A stretch of DNA of 64,000 nucleotides from the NCBI RefSeq assembly GCF_046105845.1, contig NZ_CP151004.1; one strand, written 5' to 3'. Numbering within the stretch: position 1 is the stretch's first letter; every line of letters begins with the position of its first letter. Shown one piece after another: positions 58,467 to 64,000 of the stretch. The translations under genes were made by a program, and so were the position numbers. Below the pieces are notes generated by a model. That model made no database searches. It was not told the DNA's origin and saw only the letters and a program-made list of their open reading frames with translations. Origin of the DNA: Escherichia coli. Lineage in GTDB: Bacteria > Pseudomonadota > Gammaproteobacteria > Enterobacterales > Enterobacteriaceae.

Positions 58467-58748
58467 ATGTTTGGGATTATTAAGCTGACAATTCATACGA
58501 TTACGGGAATGTGGGTCAGTATTGTGTTGTTTAAATTGATGACGAATGGCTGGAGTGGTTTCTACTTTCAGTGCTGTGTACTAAGCCTGGTATTCCTGAC
58601 GGTTAGCTGGTTGTTGAGTGGTGAATGGTTAGCAGGAAAGAGTAAGGCTGAATCCTCACGTTCAACCTTACTCTCATTTACACGTTACGCTTTTTTAAAG
58701 CGGGCAAAGAGATGTTCCACTACAACGAAAAAGACCGGAACGAAGTAA
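58467..58748 (+). CDS. Hypothetical 93-aa hydrophobic small protein (candidate only)
   Basis: ATG at 58467 preceded by AGGAGG at 58449-58454 (12-nt spacer, longer than optimal); two hydrophobic segments; last 64 nt overlap the mdtF 3' end on the opposite strand. Confidence 0.2.
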   Translation: MFGIIKLTIHTITGMWVSIVLFKLMTNGWSGFYFQCCVLSLVFLTVSWLLSGEWLAGKSKAESSRSTLLSFTRYAFLKRAKRCSTTTKKTGTK

Positions 58749-61700
58749 ATTGCCAGCACTGTTGCGGCAAACATCCCGCCCATCACGCCGGTACCTACCG
58801 CGTTTTGCGCGCCAGAACCGGCACCATGACTGATAACCAGCGGCAGCACGCCGAGAATAAAGGCCAGAGAGGTCATCAGGATTGGGCGTAAACGCATTCG
58901 CGCCGCTTCGATGATCGCCTCTATCGGCGTTTTCCCTTCTTTCTGCATCATCTCAACGGCAAATTCGACAATCAGGATGGCGTTTTTGGCGGAAAGCCCG
59001 ATGGTGGTCAGCAAACCAACCTGGAAGTAGACGTCATTACTTAAGCCGCGTAGATCGGTGGCCAGTAATGCGCCAACGACGCCTAACGGTACAACCAACA
59101 TCACCGAGAACGGAATTGACCAGCTCTCATAAAGTGCGGCGAGGGCGAGGAACACCACGACCAGTGAAATGGCATACAGCGCGGGAGCCTGGTTTGAGGA
59201 TAACGCTTCCTGATACGACAGTCCGGTCCATGAGTAGCCGACGCCTGCCGGAAGTTTAGCGACCAGGTCTGCCATAAATTTCATGGCGTCACCGGTACTT
59301 TTCCCGGCCGCCGCTTCACCTAAAATCTCCATTGACGGGATGCCGTTGTAGCGTTCCAGTCGCGGTGAACCATAGGTCCATTCGGTAGACGAATAGGCAG
59401 AAAGCGGTGCCATCGTGCCAGAGGCGTTGCGTACATACCACTGGTTGATGTTATCCGGCAACATACGGAACGGCGTGCCTGCCTGGACATACACTTTTTT
59501 CACCCGCCCCTGGTTGAGGAAGTCGTTCACGTAGCTGCTGCCGAAGGCGGTGGAAATTGTCTGGTTGATATCAGACAGCGCCACACCCATTGCCTCGGCT
59601 TTCGCGGCGTTGACGTTCACTTTGAACATCGGTGTATCTTCCAGGCCGTTCGGGCGTACCCCGGTGACTTGATTCGGTGATTGCGCTGCCAGTGATAATA
59701 GCTCGTTTCGCGCCTGGGTCAGTTTTTCGTGCCCCAGGTTGCCGTTGTCCAGCAGTTCCATATCAAAACCTGACGCGGTACCCAGTTCAGCCACCGCAGG
59801 TAAGTTGAACGGGAAGACGACGGCTTTATTGATACTGCTTAACGCAATCATTGCCCGCTGAATGATCGCGGTAACCGAGTTTTCCTCACCGACACGTTCA
59901 GACCACGGTTTGAGGCTGATAAACGCCAGACCGTTGTTTTGCCCCTGGCCGCTGAAGCCAAAGCCGCCAACGGTAAACACCGACTGAACATTATCTTTCT
60001 CTTTAGTCAGATAATAATCCGTCACCTGTTGCAGCACTTTCGTGGTGTTAACCATGGTGGCACCGGAAGGTAACTGCGCGGTGGTCATAAATACCCCCTG
60101 ATCCTCTTCTGGTAAGAAAGAGGTCGGCGTACGCAGGAACAGCACCGCCATCCCGGCGCAAATCAGCAGGTAGACCACCATGTAGCGACCGGTACAACGC
60201 AACAGCGAGCGGGTGCTATCGGTATAGTGCTGAGTTGATTTTTCAAACAGCGTGTTGAAGCGTGCGAACAGGGCGTTAGGTTTATGACCGCCTTCCGGCG
60301 CGGCTTTCAGAATGGTGGCGCACAGGGCAGGAGTCAGGCTCATTGCCACAAATACTGAAAGCAGCATGGAGGAGATCAGCGTGATGGAGAACTGGCGGTA
60401 GATCTCCCCGGTTGCACCGCTCATAAAGGCCATCGGCATAAACACTGCGGAAAGAACAACGGCAATCCCGACCAGCGCACGTTGGATCTGCCCCATCGAT
60501 TTATGCGTTGCTTCCTTCGGCGGTAGCTTATCTTCCGCAATGACACGCTCGACGTTCTCCACCACCACGATGGCGTCATCCACCAGTAACCCTATCGCCA
60601 GCACCATCCCGAACATAGTTAACGTGTTGATGGTGAAACCGACCGCCGACAAGATCGCAAACGTCCCGAGAATAACCACCGGTACGGCAATCGTCGGGAT
60701 GATTGTGGCACGGAAATTCTGCAAAAACAGATACATGACTAGGAAGACGAGGATGATAGCCTCAACCAGTGTTTTAAAAACTTCCTGAATAGAAATTTCG
60801 ATAAACGGCGTGGTGTCGTAAGGATAAACCGTCTTCAGACTTGCGGGGAAATAGGCTGATAAGCGGTTCAGCTCCTCTTTGACTGCCCGCGAGGTATCCA
60901 GGGCGTTTGCTCCGGTAGCCAGTTTGATGGCGATCCCGGCAGCAGGTTTGCCGTTATAGCGCGCCACGGTGGAATAATCTTCCGCTCCAAGTTCGACGCG
61001 GGCGACATCACGCAGCAGCACTTGCGAACCATCTTGCTGAACTTTCAACAGGATTTTGCCAAATTCTTCCGGCGTTTGCAGACGCGTCTGCACAATGATC
61101 GAGGCGTTTAGTTGCTGGTCTGCCGCCTGTGGCATGCCACCCAGTTGACCACCAGAAATCTGGTTGTTCTGCACCTTAATCTGGGAAATAACATCGGAAG
61201 GTACCAGATTGTATTTATTGAGTTTTTGCGGGTCCAGCCAGATACGCATGGCGTACTCGGAACCAAAGAGCTGTACGCTACCAACGCCCGCGGTACGGCT
61301 TAGCGGGTCTTTGATATTAGACGCTACATAGTCCGCGATATCGTACTGGTTGAGGCTGCCGTTATCAGAAATAAACGCCGCTACCATCAGGATATTACTG
61401 CTCGACTTATCGACGCTAATCCCCTGCTGCTGCACCGCTTCAGGTAATGAAGGCATAGCGAGTTGCAGTTTATTTTGCACCTGAACCTGTGCGATATCAG
61501 GAGATGTCCCAGTCTCGAAGGTCAGAGTGATAGAGGCATTGCCCGCCGCATCACTGGTTGAAGACATGTACATCAGGCCATCAAGCCCATTCATATTTTG
61601 CTCAATCACCTGAGTGACCGAGTCTTCTACCGTTTGCGCATCGGCACCTGGATAGGTAGCGCTGACGGTAATGGTCGGTGGCGCAATCTGCGGATACTGC

Positions 61701-61798
61701 GCAACCGGTAAGTTCATGATCGCCAGACCGCCTGCAAGCATCATAATAATGGCAAGTACCCAGGCAAAAACCGGGCGATCAATAAAATAGTTAGCCAT
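58685..61798 (-). CDS. mdtF: RND multidrug efflux transporter, 1037 aa
   Basis: 1037-aa ORF recognised as MdtF (AcrB family). Confidence 0.96.
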   Translation of the reverse strand: MANYFIDRPVFAWVLAIIMMLAGGLAIMNLPVAQYPQIAPPTITVSATYPGADAQTVEDSVTQVIEQNMNGLDGLMYMSSTSDAAGNASITLTFETGTSPDIAQVQVQNKLQLAMPSLPEAVQQQGISVDKSSSNILMVAAFISDNGSLNQYDIADYVASNIKDPLSRTAGVGSVQLFGSEYAMRIWLDPQKLNKYNLVPSDVISQIKVQNNQISGGQLGGMPQAADQQLNASIIVQTRLQTPEEFGKILLKVQQDGSQVLLRDVARVELGAEDYSTVARYNGKPAAGIAIKLATGANALDTSRAVKEELNRLSAYFPASLKTVYPYDTTPFIEISIQEVFKTLVEAIILVFLVMYLFLQNFRATIIPTIAVPVVILGTFAILSAVGFTINTLTMFGMVLAIGLLVDDAIVVVENVERVIAEDKLPPKEATHKSMGQIQRALVGIAVVLSAVFMPMAFMSGATGEIYRQFSITLISSMLLSVFVAMSLTPALCATILKAAPEGGHKPNALFARFNTLFEKSTQHYTDSTRSLLRCTGRYMVVYLLICAGMAVLFLRTPTSFLPEEDQGVFMTTAQLPSGATMVNTTKVLQQVTDYYLTKEKDNVQSVFTVGGFGFSGQGQNNGLAFISLKPWSERVGEENSVTAIIQRAMIALSSINKAVVFPFNLPAVAELGTASGFDMELLDNGNLGHEKLTQARNELLSLAAQSPNQVTGVRPNGLEDTPMFKVNVNAAKAEAMGVALSDINQTISTAFGSSYVNDFLNQGRVKKVYVQAGTPFRMLPDNINQWYVRNASGTMAPLSAYSSTEWTYGSPRLERYNGIPSMEILGEAAAGKSTGDAMKFMADLVAKLPAGVGYSWTGLSYQEALSSNQAPALYAISLVVVFLALAALYESWSIPFSVMLVVPLGVVGALLATDLRGLSNDVYFQVGLLTTIGLSAKNAILIVEFAVEMMQKEGKTPIEAIIEAARMRLRPILMTSLAFILGVLPLVISHGAGSGAQNAVGTGVMGGMFAATVLAIYFVPVFFVVVEHLFARFKKA

Positions 61799-61822
61799 GA
61801 AAGTCCCCTTAAGCCTGCAACG

Positions 61823-62980
61823 TTATTGTTTCGATTCGGTGCTGGCGTTTTCCTGGCTGGAGGAAATTGCTCGTGCTTTGATACCCGGACGAATGCGTTG
61901 CAAACCGGAAACGATCACCCGATCGCCAGCCTGCAAGCCAGAGGTTACAACCCACTGGTCGCCGATGGCTTTGCTGGCTTCGATTTCGCGTAGCTGCACG
62001 ACATTGTCTTTATCCAGAATGAGCGCCGTTGCTTTACCCTGGGCGTTGTGGGTGACGCCTTCCTGCGGCACCAGTAATACATTCTGGCGGCTACCTTCAT
62101 CCACTAATGCCGTAACGTACATGCCAGGCAGCAAGTCACCATTTGGGTTGGGGAAAATCGCCCGTAACGTCACGGAGCCCGTGGTTTCATCCACCGTCGG
62201 GTCGGAGAATTTCAGCGTGCCGGTCTGGCTGTAACGTTTACCATTTTCCAGATTGAGCTGTACTGGCGTACTGCCCTGAACCTGTTTGATTTGCCCACTG
62301 GCGACCTCTTCTTTCATACGCAAGAAATCCTGCACCGACTGCGTGAGATCGACATAAATCGGGTCCAGACGTTGTACGGTAACCAGCGAATCTGCCTGAT
62401 TAGCGGTAACGAGTGCGCCGACGGTCACCGACGATTTCCCGCTGACGCCCGTAATCGGCGAGGTGACATTCGCGTATTGCAAATTGATCGTCGCCTGTTC
62501 AACAGCCGCTTTGGCGACGGTGACATTGGCTTCTGCTTCATTCAGCTGGGTGCGCGCGGTGTCGTAATCCTGACGGCTAACGTAGTTGGTCTTCAGCAAC
62601 GATGCCTGGCGGTTAAAGGTGATGCGGGCATTGCTGGCGGTAGAGAGCGCTTTCGCCAGCGTGCCTTTGGCGGAGTTCAGCTCGGCCTGTAAAGGTGCAG
62701 GATCAATCTGATACAGCGAATCGCCCTGGTTCACTTTATCGCCTTCGATAAAGTTGCGTTTAATGATAATACCGCCCACCTGGGGACGTATCTCGGCAAC
62801 TTCATAAGGAACGGTTCTACCGGGCAATTCGCTCAATACATTGACCGAACCGGGGGAGAGTGTGACGACACCGACCTCAGGCGTCATGGCGGCAGCGTTT
62901 TCCGCCGATTTGTCATCGCAGGCGGTGAGCATCGCGCCGCAGAATAACAACGGTATTAACAGCTTTCTTCTTCTGTTCAT
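61823..62980 (-). CDS. mdtE: RND efflux membrane-fusion (periplasmic adaptor) lipoprotein, 385 aa
   Basis: 385-aa ORF with lipoprotein signal (…GAMLTAC), recognised as MdtE. Confidence 0.96.
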   Translation of the reverse strand: MNRRRKLLIPLLFCGAMLTACDDKSAENAAAMTPEVGVVTLSPGSVNVLSELPGRTVPYEVAEIRPQVGGIIIKRNFIEGDKVNQGDSLYQIDPAPLQAELNSAKGTLAKALSTASNARITFNRQASLLKTNYVSRQDYDTARTQLNEAEANVTVAKAAVEQATINLQYANVTSPITGVSGKSSVTVGALVTANQADSLVTVQRLDPIYVDLTQSVQDFLRMKEEVASGQIKQVQGSTPVQLNLENGKRYSQTGTLKFSDPTVDETTGSVTLRAIFPNPNGDLLPGMYVTALVDEGSRQNVLLVPQEGVTHNAQGKATALILDKDNVVQLREIEASKAIGDQWVVTSGLQAGDRVIVSGLQRIRPGIKARAISSSQENASTESKQ

Positions 62981-63318
62981 TTTAGTCCCTGAAAATTCTT
63001 GAGAAATAACGGTTCTTTAAATTGCGCGCGAGGAGAGATATGAGGGATTTACAGACCAGCGGCGTAGTGGGGTTGTCAGCCAGTAAGGTGGGATACAGGC
63101 ATAGTGATCGACATGGTGAGGTCAACGACAAAAAAAATGTTGCCGTTCTGCCAACAGTTCCTGCCAGCATTCGGGCAACGAAGGGTTCTACTGGTGGATA
63201 CATATACCAGGGGAATAAAGTCGTTTTAACCTCTCCTTTAGTAATCACCGGGGGTAATGAAATCAGCATCTGCATCCCTCGTCATGCCAGCCATCAATTT
63301 CAGTTGCTTATGTCCTGA

Positions 63319-63846
63319 CTAAAAATAAGATGTGATACCCAGGGTGACGATGTCGCTCATACGTCTTAGTTTCAGCTTGTACATAATGTTGAATTTCTGA
63401 ATCTTTAATGTTTGTTGCGAAATATTGAGCGTCGACGTGATATTGCTTTCATTTTTATTTTTCAGAATCAGTTGCATAATTTTGAACTGATTATGTGAAA
63501 AACATAATTGTGAATTCTTATGGGGCAAGTGTTTACCATAAGTAATCTCAAGAAGATTTTTGATACTTTCTTTGCGGCTGACAAAATAAATAGGCGCTTT
63601 AGCTTTTAGTTTACTGATGTGATAAGGTGCCAAAACAATAATTCTCTCGGCATCTAATTTCTCCAGAAATTTAATCGCTTCTTCATCAAGGATATGATTG
63701 TGATAGGTATCAATGATAACCTTGAAGGGTTTATTACCTACTTTTTTGATCTCTGACAGGGAATTGATTTTTATCATTTCGTGATTATCTTTCAACTGCC
63801 AAAAGCCCTGTAAAAGAAAAGAATCTTTCGTCATGAGAAAAATCAT
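63319..63846 (-). CDS. gadE: LuxR-family acid-resistance activator, 175 aa
   Basis: ORF-track frame 63319..63924 trimmed to ATG (CAT on + strand at 63844-63846) giving MIFLMTKDSFLLQGFWQLKD…; C-terminal LuxR HTH. Confidence 0.92.
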   Translation of the reverse strand: MIFLMTKDSFLLQGFWQLKDNHEMIKINSLSEIKKVGNKPFKVIIDTYHNHILDEEAIKFLEKLDAERIIVLAPYHISKLKAKAPIYFVSRKESIKNLLEITYGKHLPHKNSQLCFSHNQFKIMQLILKNKNESNITSTLNISQQTLKIQKFNIMYKLKLRRMSDIVTLGITSYF

Positions 63847-64000
63847 AACTTGCTCCTTAGCCGTTATCGTTTCGAACATGTCATCCTTTTCATTATTTAC
63901 ATCCTTGTCCGAATCGTTGTTCAATATAGTAAACGCCTATAAGAACTTTGCCCTTCGTGAACTAATACGTCTATTAACACTAATCAATGCTTCAGATTTA

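Noticed and set aside
62982-63318. Overlapping 97-aa (-) and 98-aa (+) ORFs in the mdtE-gadE intergenic region
   Set aside because: Mutually overlapping frames in a promoter region with no convincing RBS or recognisable fold; more likely regulatory DNA

Overview
This window reads as Escherichia coli chromosome, in reverse orientation relative to the K-12 map, running from the 3' part of bisC through the dpp operon and the bcs cellulose locus to the gadA-gadX-gadW / mdtEF / gadE acid-fitness cluster. Gene identities were assigned by recognising the translated ORFs; no database search or alignment was run, so all family names rest on recall. Many ORF-track starts are N-terminal extensions and were trimmed to the internal ATG that matches the remembered protein start and length. 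Three features differ from K-12 as I recall it: a five-gene lpfABCDE chaperone-usher fimbrial operon between yhjX and eptB, a tandem duplication (483-bp period) of the ldr/rdl type I toxin-antitoxin module between yhjV and bcsG, and an intact bcsQ (TTG rather than the K-12 TAG at codon 6). Other observations are a duplicated tRNA-Pro 3' end plus terminator downstream of proK, a GC-rich palindromic repeat in three copies around yhjE, and an unannotated 93-codon hydrophobic ORF between gadW and mdtF. I found no CRISPR array, IS element, integrase, prophage or defence-like gene cluster, and no convincing undescribed multi-gene system; the novelty candidates are small and are listed with modest interest scores.
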